DNA of 64,000 nucleotides, taken from positions 81,344,001 to 81,408,000 of the forward strand of contig OX597824.1 of assembly GCA_951406725.2 (NCBI GenBank), written 5' to 3'. Position 1 is the first letter of the stretch, and every line of letters begins with the position of its first letter. Both the position numbers and the translations under genes were made by a program. Of this stretch, positions 13,706 to 28,749 are shown one piece after another. The notes below the pieces were generated by a model. That model was not told where the DNA came from. It did no database searches and saw only the letters and a program-made list of their open reading frames with translations. The stretch comes from Octopus vulgaris (lineage: Eukaryota).

Positions 13706-14624
13706 TAACAACGCCTTATAGAATATCATCAGGAAGCCATACAACCGTTTAAAAGTAGCAGTCAAAGTTTTCCTCAAACTTTTAAATTACGATATTAATG
13801 TTTTGAAAGTAAATCAGAGTTCCTGGATGCTCACAGAGAGGAACAAATGTTGAAAGAAATAAACAATTTTCCTATCCAAGGAATGTTCCGACAAACTTCA
13901 GAGGATCAATATTCTCAAACCGATTGTGGGTGTGCGTCGCCAACTGCATAGGGTGTTTGGTTCACGATCATTATGGTGCGGTTTCAATTCCTGGGTTCAT
14001 TTAACTTTGAACCAGTCTAATTAGTCTATCTGAAAATGAGTACTAACCTACTGTTGGTGCAGCTTTCTCTGCCTACATCGGACGTATCCGGGATATGCCA
14101 TTAGTTGAAAGATACTAGGGGTGAATCGAGAAGGTGTCTATGTCTGCTCTCGATTACATAGGCGTAGAAAATCAATTATCGAAAGAATGGTACATGTTAT
14201 CAAACCGGATTTGTAAGCTTTGTCTCGGTTCTTCAGACTGGAAAGGCCAATTATCCGATGTCCATGGTACATAAGTGACCGACAACAATTCACTCTGGAA
14301 CGTGACGCAACTTGTCGCCGGGACCGGGAATTGAAAGCACGATGTTAAAATCGTGAGCGAAACATGCTAACCACCAGGCCACGCGCCTTTACCTTCACGA
14401 GTGTGGCTGACTCTTAAGAATGAAACCAGGGACATTAAAATCCGTTACATACAAACCTCAATGACCTTCAAGTAATGTTAGAAGCGACAGGCTCTTGTTT
14501 TATCCACGGGAAATTTTAACTCACATCCGATTAATATTATGGAAGAGTACGCTAAGGAAAGCTCTTAATTCTACGCACCACAGAAATAACCGATAGATCT
14601 TGAAGGAATATTTTCTTTACCAGC

Positions 14625-14930
14625 TTAAGACTGACACCATATCCAAAGGGTGAAACGAAAAGTAGCTTTCCTCTTCCGCCGAACGAAACGAAAACGGGAC
14701 CGAAAGAGCCTGCCTGTATTCAATGTTACTTCTCTAGCATCATTAAGACTGCCGTAGGTTCTAATATTATTACAATCGGTACAATGGGTCATTTTGTTAT
14801 CCGGTTGACAGAAAAAAATTGATGCATTGCTAATTTCATCTGCTTTGTTATCGCATTGAGCAAAGTAATTACACAAACCGGATGTAGAAGCACTTGCTGG
14901 TGGCGCCACAGTCGTATTGACAGATGCCAT
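14625..14930 (-). other. Unique-sequence island with a 101-aa ORF inside a splice-site-flanked segment (candidate exon or regulatory element)
   Basis: Non-repetitive; ATAATGG start context; pyrimidine tract plus TAG just upstream; G|GTAAAG near 14621; no recognisable homology. Confidence 0.25.
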
Positions 14931-15152
14931 TATCGCTACGTATTAAAGGTGGAAGGTAGGCACGAGTAGACAAGAGAGCTTGATAATAAACAAAGAGAGC
15001 GAAAGAGAAACACAGTGAAAGAGAGAACGAGAGGGAGAGAGAGAAAGACACACACATGCATATATGTGTGTTTATATATATATATATGTATATATATATA
15101 TAGATATATATATGTATATGTATATGTATATGTATATATATATATGTATATG

Positions 15153-15195
<43 letters not shown>

Positions 15196-15196
15196 G

Positions 15197-15230
<34 letters not shown>

Positions 15231-15234
15231 CATA

Positions 15235-15269
<35 letters not shown>

Positions 15270-17018
15270 TTATTTATATATACATGTATATGTATATATA
15301 TATATATATACACAAATATATATACACATATATATATACATATATATATATATACACACATATATATACATATATATAGAGAGAGCGAGTGAGGGAGAGC
15401 GTGTGTTTATGAGAGAGAGAGCGAGAGAGAGATATGAAGAAGACCAGTAAGAGAAAAGGAAGAGCAAAATAGATAAAAAGAGAGAGATGGCACGTGAGAG
15501 ATATATTTAGTCAGATTACCCAATTCCTTTTAACCTCTGACCCCTAACAAGGAAAATTCCCTGGTCATCCACAGGCGATACACACTAATGTTAAAATAAC
15601 TTGAGCAAGATACGGCCGTTGGATTGAGGGGTGAGGAGAGGAGGCAGGATTATAATTCGCACAGAATCAAGCGACTAAATGACTGACCGCTGGCTGCTAG
15701 CAAATGTCCGTTTATAATATTGCTTGCTAGGCTGATGAACTTTGGGGGGAAAAAATAAAATGACCGCTATTCATTTGGAAGGGTCACTTTTGTGTGGTTA
15801 TGAAAACTGGGAGTGGGGTGAAGCAAAATGTCCGAGAAAAATAGAACGAATGGGTGGTGCGGTGTTGACGACGGTCGAAGTCGCCTGGTTGTGTTATGAA
15901 GCTGGTGATGGTGGCGGCGGAGGTGGTGGTAGTGGTGGTGGTCAGAGCGATGATTGTGTGTTGGTTGTGTTAGGAAGGTTGTGGTTGGTGTTAGTAAGGA
16001 AAATGCGCGTATGTGTCAGGGTGTGTGTGTGTGTGTATCTTCGACTGTGTGGGTGTGGTAAAGACTATTTAAGTTAAACAGTTGACAGTATGTGTATGTT
16101 TTTGTATCTTTGTCTATATGTTTGTGTGTGTGACTCTGTGTGTGTGTGTATGTCTGTGCGTGTACGTGCGTGTGTCTGTGTTTGTGTTTGCGTGTGTGTG
16201 TGTGTGTGCATGTCTTTAAGGTGGTAGCAAATAAATAAAGGGTTATACGAATATGCGCTCTGCGTGTGCGTGTGTAAATATGTGTGAATGTTTGTCAATA
16301 TGTCTGAGTGCGTAAATGTGTGTGTATATGTGTGTGTATATATGTGTGCGTGTGCGTGTATGTGTGTGTGCGCGCGTGCATTAATGTATATGTGTGTAGC
16401 AGAAGAATGTTGAAAGATGTGATGTGATTATGGAGAAGACAGACTGGAACAAGAGGGTGGGTGTATGGATCGAATTAAGATAGAATAATGTTTACGGTTC
16501 ATTTTGGTAGTCGATGGTAGCGGAAATAGGGTTTAAAATATAGGTCGGGTAGGTGGCGGTGCTGTCCGTAGGATTTGTGTTTGGGTGGATGGGGTAAAGA
16601 GTGGCGTTTGGTGTGCTTGACGGTGGCGGGAATATTAATGGAATCGATCTCGGATAATTGGGAATGAAAATGAAAACAATGAGAGCTGGACCTTAGTGAT
16701 TGATGCTTAAAGGGTTTACAGTGTTAACCTGTGAGACATCGGAGTAAGAAAGGTATAAGGGGGGAAAAAAGGAAAAGAGAAAGTGAAAGTATGAAGAAAG
16801 AAAGACAGTAAGGTGGATTTATATGCATACACACACTCACTCACTCACACACACACACACACACACACACAACCAAACACATACATACATATATACTCAT
16901 ACATACCGAAGTATGTATGCATACATACCCATGTGAATGAGCGTATATGACGAAGGCGGAACTGCGAACTCACTGTCAATTTTTCCTTGTAAAAGTTTAA
17001 TAAACATGTATTTTACTA

Positions 17019-17280
17019 AGGTGCAGGAGTAGCTGTGTGGTAAATAGCTTGCTTACCAACTTTGTGGGCAATAAAGAAATAAGAAATGTTAGCACGCCGG
17101 GCGAAATGCTTAGCGGTATTTCGTCTGCTGTTACATTGTGAGTTAAAATTCCACCGAGGTCGACTTTGCTTTTCCTCCTTTCGAGGACGATTAAATAAGT
17201 ACCAGCTACGCACTGGGGTCAATATAATCGACTGCCCCCACTCCAAAATATTCGGGCCTTGTGCCTAGAGTAGAAAAGGA
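17019..17280 (+). mobile_element. Chimeric SINE: family A head, family B tail remnant, family B body
   Basis: GGTGCAGGAGTAGCTGTGTGGTAA..., then GTGGGCAATAAAGAAATA|AGAAATGTTAGCACGCCGGG. Confidence 0.8.
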
Positions 17281-18122
17281 TAACAACGCCTTATAGTATA
17301 TCATTAGGAAGTCATACAACTGTTTAAAAGTAGCAGTCAAAATCTTCCTCAAGTTATAACTTCCAACTTCAATATATTGAATAGTGCAATTCTAGATAAA
17401 ACTATCTTTTACTTTTCAGTTGTTTCAGTCGTTAGACTGCGGCCTTGCTAGAGCACCACCTTTGAAGCGTTTACGTCGAATAAATCGGAACACTATTTTT
17501 GAAGTCTGATGCTTCTTTTATCAGTGTATTTTTGTTTACTGATTTTTACCATTAATATTATTCTGCAGAGACATGAATAAGTAGAAATCCGAAGGAACAA
17601 TATCTGGTGAATATAGAGGGTGGGGTAACACATCCCAGTCGAGCTGCAGTAATTTTTGTCTGATTCCCAAAGCATCAAGTGCCGAAACTGAACTTTCTTA
17701 TCTTCCGTTTTAAAGGGTTACAGAATTAACACAGGTTATAGGAACATAAATCTTCTTCAACGAAAAGATAGCTCAAACTGTGCTCTAAATGGAGGTGTAG
17801 TCAAATCCTATTTTGTGGACTCAACCATGTTCTAAAATAAGTCGAAATGTAAGCTACTATAAATCGGCACGAACTTTCCAGACAACCCAATATATATATA
17901 GCCAAAAGTCAACCGACAGTAAATAAAAATTCCATAAATACTCTCTGTAATTCTGTATTGACTTGAATGGGAGAATGTGTCGCTCAGAAGGACTTCAGTT
18001 TAAACTATTTTCATGATGTTTCATATTTAGTTGCTTTTATTAAATTCATTCATTTGTTAAACCTAACATAAATCTTGGAATTAAATGGGCTTGATTTACT
18101 ATACGGTGACGTGTGGCCAAGC

Positions 18123-18510
<388 letters not shown>

Positions 18511-19396
18511 TTGGACGGGGTGTTCATAGCTGCGATATATTTATAATGTAGAACTAATGGATCGGAGCTGGCCGAGGACTAATCAACAATAACAACCGTA
18601 AAAACAGTAAAAACAGCTAGACGAATACTTAGAATAATGAAGACTACACAAATACTCAATTATATCAATAGGGAAAAATATTTAATTCGGGATTGCCAGC
18701 ACAGCTGAAGAGAATCTCATTATGTATCTTCTAGTCGGCGATAACGACAACTGTAAAAGCAAAACCAATAAGAAAATATACAAACAATAATAATAATATC
18801 AGTTGTTCTTCTACCGTGTAATTCTAATTAAAATCAACAGACGATGGCAACAATGGAGAAGACAATGAATGCAAAACGCTATACTTAGAAGAGAGATGTA
18901 ATTTCAAAAACAAAAACAAGCCAAAAAAAAAAAAATCATTAGAATTGTGTTGGGAAATATATTAAATTTGCGTGTGCCTTTGTTTAATTAATTGTCAAGA
19001 GATTAAAGAAATGCACAGCAAATTTACAGTAAACATTGTAATTCATGTATTTGTATAAATATACGTTTTATTTACTTTGTTGTTGTTTTTTTTACTTCTT
19101 TTATATTTTCTATTTTTATCAATTGTCCAAGCAATTGTTCTAGTTTACATATATGACAGCGAAGTATGAAAGGAAGACAAAATTATATATATGTATATAC
19201 ATATTTTTTTAACCCTTGTTTTATATATATATATCTTAGCGAGAGAAAGTGAGCAGAGAGAGAGAGTGAGAGGGTAGAGAGAGAGAGGGAGAAGCAGACA
19301 GACAGATACATAATACATGTATAGTATATATTTATGTACATACATACATATATATATATATACATATATATGTGTGTGTGTGTGTATATATATATG

Positions 19397-19469
<73 letters not shown>

Positions 19470-19471
19470 AC

Positions 19472-19516
<45 letters not shown>

Positions 19517-19909
19517 AATGTTTGTATACATGTTTATTTGTAGTTGATGATTCACTTCGCCGTTCCGCCACGCAGTTTCTCGTCACGTGCGAGACTCATC
19601 AGGCGACAGTATTTTTGTTTTTCTCTTCCATTGCCAGATTTGTGTCACGTGTTGAGAAATTCCGAGGAGAGACGAAATGAATCGCCGACTCCGAATGGAG
19701 GTATACAAACACATAAATAAGACTGCTAACAAGCACGTCGTTACGCCTCTTAGCAACAGAAAGTAAAAGAGACAGGACTAATGTTTGGAGATAGCAATAA
19801 TAGAACGTTGATTTGATCGTCGTTGTACATGACCTACTCTGACATCGGAAGAGAGTAACCGAAAGGAAAACATACAAACCGAATATTTAATCGGAACTAT
19901 GGAGCAGTG

Positions 19910-20255
19910 TGAAAGCACATTGCTCAGTGGTTAGAGCGTCGGGCTCACAGTTATGAGGTAGTGAGTTCGATTCCCTGACCGAGCTGAAACTTTATTTCAC
20001 AAGATACTTTATTTCACATTGCTCCAGTTCACACAACTGTAGAAATGAGTTGCGACGTGACTGGTGTCAAGCCGTATCGGCCCGTTTGCCTTTCCCTTGG
20101 GGAACATCGGTGGTGTGGAAATGGGAGACTGGTATGCATGGGCAACCGTTGCACTTTCATAAACAACCTTGCTTGGTCTTGTGCCTCAGCGAGTAACCAT
20201 CTAGGTGCAATCCCATGTTTATTCATGACCGGAGGGTTGTCTTTACCCTTTACCT
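19910..20255 (+). mobile_element. SINE family D-related copy
   Basis: GCTCAGTGGTTAGAGCGTCGGGCTCAC...GAGTTCGATTCCC tRNA-like head; CACATTGCTCCAGTTCAC core. Confidence 0.8.
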
Positions 20256-20299
20256 AAGCAGCAGTGTACAGAGATGTCAAAATTGAAGCTGCAAATATC

Positions 20300-20490
20300 A
20301 TGGTTTCTTTTTCTCGAGAAGATAGACTGATGGAGAAAATATGCAGCGAAGTGGACCTTAACCGAAATGCTATGTGGCTAAAGGAAATTCAAAGACAAAA
20401 TCGTCCAAAGACATACAGAATTGATGGCGAGATTCTTGCGATCGTAATTCAAAATCTCTTCAGGATGGAAAAGCACCAGAAAGTGAATTT
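20300..20490 (+). pseudogene. Degraded R4/Dong-like fragment (region preceding RT)
   Basis: [19 protein letters not shown]...IDGEIL, then shifted-frame WKST, resembling the W..IW....HN..A.WL...WKAPG segment. Confidence 0.45.
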
Positions 20491-20511
20491 GGTTGACTGA
20501 AGTAACGCTGC

Positions 20512-20642
<131 letters not shown>

Positions 20643-21004
20643 ATTTTAATTCTCTCGCAGGAAGGACTAGTTTGTAGTCGTGTTCTGTCTTGCCTTCGAA
20701 AACGAACTAGTGACAGCTGATGAAGGGATTTTCCTTGTGCCACTATATTGTTTTTCTGTTGTAAAATAATGGTTTTTCATTTTTTCTCGTTGAGTTCTAC
20801 TCTCTGTTTTTCTGTTGTAAATATATACCCACTTTCTCGTTGAGTTGTACGTCTAGTTGTGGTGTCCTGTACTCACGTATATATATTTATATATGCATGT
20901 ATATACATAGATGTAGGTATACATATATGTTTGTATGTAAGCATATATTTTATTTATTACACTATATTACACACATACATATATACATATATATATACAC
21001 ACAC

Positions 21005-21039
<35 letters not shown>

Positions 21040-21196
21040 TACATATGTATGAAATGCTCTAAATAAGGAGGGAATATCCCATACTCTGGGGTATCTCAGA
21101 AACAGCTGTAAATCTTTCAATTTTTTCCAATAATAATAATGTATATAACTTGAGATGTTTGCTTTGCCTTAACGTTTGTTGTCCTCTTTAACGATT

Positions 21197-21347
<151 letters not shown>

Positions 21348-22014
21348 ATATGTATGTATATATATATGTATGTGTGTGTGTATGTATGTACTTTGCCTGT
21401 GTGCGCGCATACAACAGTCTATATATATGCATATGCATGCATACATAGAAGATTGAAGAAAGCTAGAGGGAAATAAATTGCGAAGAAAGGAGAATGTATG
21501 CAAGCGTTTGCAAGGAAAGAAAGAAAAATTTTTTTGGAACAGATTCAGTAAAAAAAAAAATTCTAAGATTCGTGTGTATGTTTGTATATGTTTTGTTTGT
21601 GAGAGTGCATGTGTGTTTGTGTGGTTGTGTGGGAAGGGTCCTACAAATAAAAATACAAAAGAGAAAAAATTGTGGAATTATTTGATGTCGGACGGACATA
21701 CAGTAACCAACAGCCACGATGTGAAATTGAACAAGAAGACGAGAGAGACAGAATGTTTGAGATAGACGCGAAGAAAAAGAAAGAGAGAGGGGAAGTGAAC
21801 TAAATTGAAAGAAAAAAATGAGAGGTTATGGTTAAAAAGAAAGAAATGTTAGACCGAGGGAGTGAAAGAAAGAGAGAAAGAGAGACAGAGTGACAGAGGT
21901 AATTATGTTGAATTGATCTTTTCTGTTTACGAGTTAAAACAAGAATCTCTATCCCAGTGGGGACCATTCAGATTACATTGAGATTCAATTTTATTGCTGA
22001 CTTTATTATACATG

Positions 22015-22067
<53 letters not shown>

Positions 22068-22208
22068 GTAATAATAATAATGATAATAATAATAATGATG
22101 ATAATAATAATGATAATAATAATGATAATAATAATAATAATGATAATAATAATAATGATGATAATAATAATAATAATAATGATAATAATAATAATAATAA
22201 TAATAATG

Positions 22209-22266
<58 letters not shown>

Positions 22267-22267
22267 T

Positions 22268-22310
<43 letters not shown>

Positions 22311-22318
22311 TAATAATG

Positions 22319-22410
<92 letters not shown>

Positions 22411-22437
22411 AAGAAGAAGAAAAAGAAGAAGAAGAAG
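22015..22437. repeat. (AAT)n/(GAT) followed by (AAG)n microsatellite
   Basis: Direct reading. Confidence 0.95.
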
Positions 22438-22994
22438 GAGATCTGTTCTTTATTAGCCACAAGGGGTCACAGTGATGGAGAAAAACTCAGAGAAACGTTA
22501 AACGGGAAATTTATAATGATGCATGGCGTGTGACGAAGACATTTTACGAAGATAAGAGGAGGAGTGAACGATTTTATACAATATACAATTTGAACGAATT
22601 AAAAATTTATATAGCAGAAATATCTGACGGAAATAATATTCTTTTCTTTTCTTTTCTTTCAGATCGGCGAGCTGGCAGAAGCGTTAGCACACCGGGCGAA
22701 ATGCTTAGCGGCATTTCGTCTGTCTTTACGTTCTGAGTTCAAATCTTACAATTTCTGTTGTTTACTGAATTTGTTCCAAATAATTCTTTTCTTTCTCTCT
22801 TTACAAATTTTACCTTTCATCCTTTCGGGGTCGATAAATTAAGTACCAGACGCGTAGTCATGATGGGTATATTGGGCTTCGTGTATTTCACCCCAGTGTC
22901 ACTTTGATGGCATGCACTGCTCTCTTACTCATACTACTACTACTACTAATAATAATAATAATAATTATTATTATTATTATTATTAATATTATAA

Positions 22995-23190
22995 ATCTAA
23001 GATGGAAATTGTTCTTCTGGTAATAGTTGCACTTAGCACAGCACTCAAACTGCTAAGAGGGTGAAGGACACTGGAATCGAGACTGACATCGTCGACCAGC
23101 AGACATATGCCACTTTGTAATCTTGAAGAATTCTAAGAAAGATTCTGGTGATTTGAAGAGACTTGTTGCCACCAAACCCCAGAACAACAT
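22995..23190 (+). pseudogene. Degraded R4/Dong-like endonuclease C-terminus
   Basis: EIVLLVIVALSTA...GIETDIVDQQT...RILRKILVI* resembles IPIIVGALG...TAHILRRTL of the 46.8-kb element; abuts (ATT)n. Confidence 0.6.
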
Positions 23191-23253
23191 TCCTGCTAAT
23201 TAACTTAGCACGTAATAGCAGCAGAAGCAACAGCAGCAGCAGCAGTAATAGTA

Positions 23254-23321
<68 letters not shown>

Positions 23322-23938
23322 TTCTTTTATCATTATCAAAATTGTGATTAACGGAAGGATAGTATAAGAAAAGATTACAAAAATTTTGATAGACTGCATA
23401 GCAAGAGAATGCACGCCGACAAAAGTAATTATATCTTATACTGAAATAGCAAGAGACACACTCTGACCCAGGAGAGGTGAAAGGACTTCGCAGAACCAGC
23501 AGAACCTGAACTTTCGAGTATGTCTTCCATTTATGTTCTCACAGCAACAAGCAATGACCGAGGTTCCGTTTCCTCCGTTTGTTCTCACCCCTTACACCAA
23601 CCTTCCAAGGAGTTCTTTAGTGGGTAGCATCTTTCTGTTCATCTTTCTCTTCATCACTAAGAGAAAGTTGAATAAACTGATGTATATCTTTCGAAAGACG
23701 AATGCCTTTATCATCATTCTATTCTAATTTCTTCACCATACAATTTCTTTAACAATGGCCAAAAGATAACGGAAAATGTCTTGTTTTTCTAACTAAAAAG
23801 AGGCCTGTAGTGTTAGATCCATGATAGAATCGGTAGATAAACTGATAAGTTCTTAACGCGATAACAATTGTTCAACTTTTTTTTATGACATTAATGGAAA
23901 TGCTGTCACTGAGAGCTCTGAGCGTTACATCGAGATGA

Positions 23939-24275
23939 TCGCGGTTTCGATTCCCAGACCGGGCGTTGTGAGTGTTTATTGAGCGAAAACACCTAAAGCT
24001 CCACGAGGCTCCGGCAGGGGATGGTGGTGATCCCTGCTCTACTCTTTCACCAAAACTTTCTCTCACTCTTACTTCCTGTTTCTATTGTACCTGTATTTCA
24101 AAGGGCCGGCCTTGTCACTCTCTGTGTCACGCTGAATCTCCCCGAGAACTACGTTAAGGGTACACGTGTCTGTGGAGTGCTCAGCCACTTACACGTTAAT
24201 TTCACGAGCAGGCTGTTCCTTTGATCGGATCAACCGGAACCCTCGTCGTCGTAACCGACGGAGTCCTTCCACTCC
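23939..24275 (+). mobile_element. SINE family C, 5'-truncated
   Basis: 12-bp TSD ACATCGAGATGA at 23927-23938 and 24276-24287; colinear with 58281-58670. Confidence 0.92.
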
Positions 24276-24481
24276 ACATCGAGATGAGAAACAACTTCAT
24301 TGTGCTTGAATTACAACGAAAATGTATGCCTATTCGACGTGTATGGTTTCAGAAGTATGGGGCGACGGCCCACACAGCCAGAGCATCAATCGACATTGTT
24401 CACCTTCTCTTCGGTGACCGCCTCATTTCCAGATTTGTTGACATTCCCTGGCCCCCTCGGTCTCATGATTTGTCCATGTAC

Positions 24482-24886
24482 ACTCTCTCTCTTTTACTCT
24501 TTTACTTGTTTCAGTCATTTGACTGCGGCCATGCTGGAGCACCGCCTTTAGTCGAGCAACTCGAGCCCGGGACTTATTCTTTTTGTAAGCCCAGTACTTA
24601 TTCTATCGGTCTCTTTTTGCCGAACCGCTAAGTGACGGGGACGTAAACACACCAGCATCGGTTGTCAAGCAATGCTAGGGGAACAAACACAGACACACAC
24701 ACATACATATATATACATATATACGACAGGCTTCTTTCAGTTTCCGTCTACAAAATCCACTCACAAGGCATTGGTCGGCCCGGTGCTATAGCAGAAGACA
24801 CTTGCCCAAGATGCCACGCAGTGGGACTGAACCCGGAACTATGTGGTTGGTTAGCAAGCTACTTTCCACACAGCCACTCCTGCGCC
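24482..24886 (-). mobile_element. SINE family A, full length
   Basis: Tail CTCTTTTACTCTTTTAC to head CACTCCTGCGCC; splits the transposase just before D3. Confidence 0.92.
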
Positions 24887-25465
24887 TATGATTATTTCTT
24901 ATGGGGAAACCTCAAGGCAAGTGTGTATGCGCATAAACCCAATACATTCAACGACTTGAAGGAAGCTATTCGCTTAGAAATCACCCAAATTGACAGAGCA
25001 ATGCTGGAGTGAATGGAGGCCAATTTCCAAGAGTGCCATTAGAAATGCATCGATGAAAACAGATACCACATGATGGATGTTGTTCTCCACACTTGATTTT
25101 GACAAATGCTAATTCAATACGAACACACTGATGTCAATAAAATTTGTTTGCAGCTAAAATTAATGATTTTGTGAATCTTTCAAAAACGTCCGTCCTCTCT
25201 GCCGCATAATGTGTTACAAAAACTGTTGTCAGTGGAGACATACTTTTGTAGTAAAAGGAAATGACAGTCATCTGGCTGCTATTTCTAATACTTTCGGTAT
25301 GAGGTCTAGCAACCTGTTTTAAAGACCCTCATTGTTATAATTATATTAACTCTTACCGAATATGGTCCTTTTCCATACCGAAACACTACTTGGTGAAATT
25401 TATTGATTTTATTAAATTAATTATATTTCACCCTTTATCTGTATATATATATATATATATATATA

Positions 25466-25689
25466 TACACGAAAGGGTGCTGAAGATTTCTTGGCTTTGG
25501 GTAATAGAAAATAAAGGACGTTCAGTTAATTACGATTGTATTCAACATGTTCCCCTCTTAGGCTCACACACTTGCAGTAGCGATCCTTCAGTTTTTCAAA
25601 GTCCTGTGAAAGAAATCTGGAGGCTGGTCTTCCAACCAGGCCTTTTGCGATACCCTTAAAGCCAGGAACTTTTAAGTACTCTTCATGTA
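25466..25689. mobile_element. Mariner-type MITE, about 224 bp
   Basis: Imperfect TIRs of about 37 bp: TACACGAAAGGGTGCTGAAGATTTCTTGGCTTTGGGT / ACCCTTAAAGCCAGGAACTTTTAAGTACTCTTCATGTA; TA at both ends. Confidence 0.8.
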
Positions 25690-25726
25690 TGTACGCATGT
25701 ATGTTTGTCTGTATGTATGTACGTAC

Positions 25727-25774
<48 letters not shown>

Positions 25775-25944
25775 TTAGAGATAAAACCACTATTAGGCAA
25801 ATCAAACAATGAAAAACTTAAGCCAATACATAAAATTAATTAATTTATATTATTTTAAATATATATCAAAAGTATTAAAAATGTAATAAAAGATAATGAT
25901 TTTTCCCTGTAAGTTTGGATTTATTCCCTAATATTTTATTATTA

Positions 25945-25979
<35 letters not shown>

Positions 25980-26275
25980 CGCGCGTGTGTATGTGTATGT
26001 ATGTATGTATGTATGTATGTATGTATGTATGTATGTATGTATGTATGTATGTATGTATGTATCCATGTATGTATGTATATACGGTTACCAGTTTCTGTTA
26101 ATGTATAAATTGTCTCACATGTTTTATTTCAGATATTCAATATTGTAATTTCTGCAGCTTCTAACACTCCAAATAATAATATATTTCTTTACGTCTTTCT
26201 TGCTTTTGTCTTGTTAAAATATCTTGTCTTTTATTGTGTAGACTCGCAGCACACATTAAATGGCAGTTTTGTCTA

Positions 26276-26378
26276 TGATTGATGTAAAGATAGGCAAGCT
26301 AATTCAGCAAAATAGCGTCTCATCTTGTACTCGCAGTGACCAACAGATTTCAATCTTGTTTGTGACACTGATTTATGG
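26276..26378 (+). promoter_or_regulatory. Candidate Pbx-Hox/Meis site cluster
   Basis: TGATTGATG at 26276, TGACA at 26363, TGATTTATGG at 26369, all in unique sequence. Confidence 0.3.
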
Positions 26379-27284
26379 CGATCTTTCTGTTTATACAATA
26401 ATATAATTACTCATGTTTTACGAACATCCTACATTGTTGCGGAAGTTGTAACGCTCATATGGAAGGACAAATGGTATTTAGAGAAGTATGATTGCCTGCT
26501 GTATCTATATTGAAATTAATCTGCTTATAAAACGCCATTAGAAGGGCATGAAAGCCAAACACTAGAATTCTCGCTGAGTCCTCGGTCTCAGACTTCTCGC
26601 AAAGTTCTCAATTTTAAGATCATAGCAATTCGCTCTGGTGTGGGGATTATGCTTTTTAGTGGGGGGGGGTTTGTGGTAGTGGAGGAGATTTTGGAATTTA
26701 TTGCTAGATTGAAGTTCGAGGCAGACGTAAAAATGGCAAATTGTAAGACGAAGTTGAATATATTGCAATATTTAGTTCTGTGTTTAAATCTGACTAACGT
26801 TCAAGCCTGGTCAACGTTCGAGCCTTACCAATGTTGGAACCTTACCGACTTTTGAGCCTGAATCTCTATAAAACGATCCAGCTTGATGCAATACAATATT
26901 ATGAGAAGATACATAGCTCTCCACTGATAGAGACCAATGAAGAAATCAAATGAACTAATATTGGCCCGCTGACATTCGTTGACGCTACATTGAAGAGGCC
27001 AGGGAACAGAAGAAAGAAGAAGAAAGAAGACATACACCCAGCACTGGAGCTGAAGACACCTCCGAAAGGGGGTGGGGTGCCACGTCAAGACGGTAGAGGA
27101 GTAGGGGCTGAAACCGGACGTGGTTCCTCCTGATGATGTCTTGAGCTAACTGGATTCTATAAAGGAGCTGTTGTGGTAGCAAACCACGAAACACGGTTGA
27201 AATTCCTTCCTGCTCAATAGTTTCTAAACATCTTATGGAAACAGAACAGGCAAGGGGAAAAGAAAAGAAGAAAGAGTATGAGTA

Positions 27285-27317
<33 letters not shown>

Positions 27318-27765
27318 CGAGATACGGTGAGGTTCAATCCAATGGGTTTATCCCTCTGTTATCATGCATAATTCCTCAGTAATCTCAATATAATATCAAT
27401 GATTCTTCTACAAACGTTAATCCCATAAAGGGACACCTTTCTTTGTTCCCCCTCTTTGTACCTTTCAATATTTTTCACATTTCAACATTAACATTACAAA
27501 AGTGATGATAATTGTCATTTGTATAAAGAACATAGGATAAAAATCATTGCCCTTTCACTGGATATCAGTCTATTTAATCGCTTGTGGCTGGCACTGAAAA
27601 CTTCTAACGGAATTTCCCGCATATGGGATCCCGCAAACCAATTGACATTTGAATACGCTGACTATACACACACATGCATCCCCACACACTTATACACACA
27701 TACATACATCTCTCTCTCTCTCTGTCTGTCTCTCTCTCTCTCCCCCTCTCTCTCTCTCCCTCCCT

Positions 27766-27817
<52 letters not shown>

Positions 27818-27946
27818 TTTACGTTCGTTTATGGGAAACGTCTTGTATATGCACATAAAAGATATAAACATGCAATGGCAGTTTTTCGGGGTCGCACTGA
27901 GCTGTGCCAATCTAATGTAGGATAAATATAGTAATAACGGTAATAG

Positions 27947-27983
<37 letters not shown>

Positions 27984-27988
27984 GCTAC

Positions 27989-28356
<368 letters not shown>

Positions 28357-28493
28357 CATCATCATAATCATCATCATTATTTTTATTATTATTATTATTA
28401 TTATTGTTATCATCCTCCTCCTCATTATTATTATTATTATCATCATCATAATCATCATCATTATTATCATCATCATAATCATCATCATCATTA

Positions 28494-28567
<74 letters not shown>

Positions 28568-28749
28568 ATTATTATTATTATTATCTACTTACTTCTAATC
28601 CGTATGTTTATTACAATCACTTGCCGAGACACACCCAGCATCTTAGGATGAGTGAGGGATAAGAGATATTAGAATACGACTGAAAGCTTGGGTGTAGGGA
28701 ATTGGCTGGGACAGTATCGAAATATCTTCATGCAATAAAACACACATAT

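Larger units (their letters stand above)
23875..25213 (+). mobile_element. Tc1/mariner DD41D (rosa/Visitor-type) transposon relic interrupted by two SINEs
   Basis: After removing inserts: FFYDINGNAVTESSERYIEM...VWFQKYGATAHTARAS...WPPRSHDLSMYDYFLWGNLKASVY; 41 residues between the mutated D2 position and D3. Confidence 0.85.

Noticed and set aside
19954-19975. let-7-like TGAGGTAGT
   Set aside because: Lies in a tRNA-like SINE head; no precursor hairpin or further match
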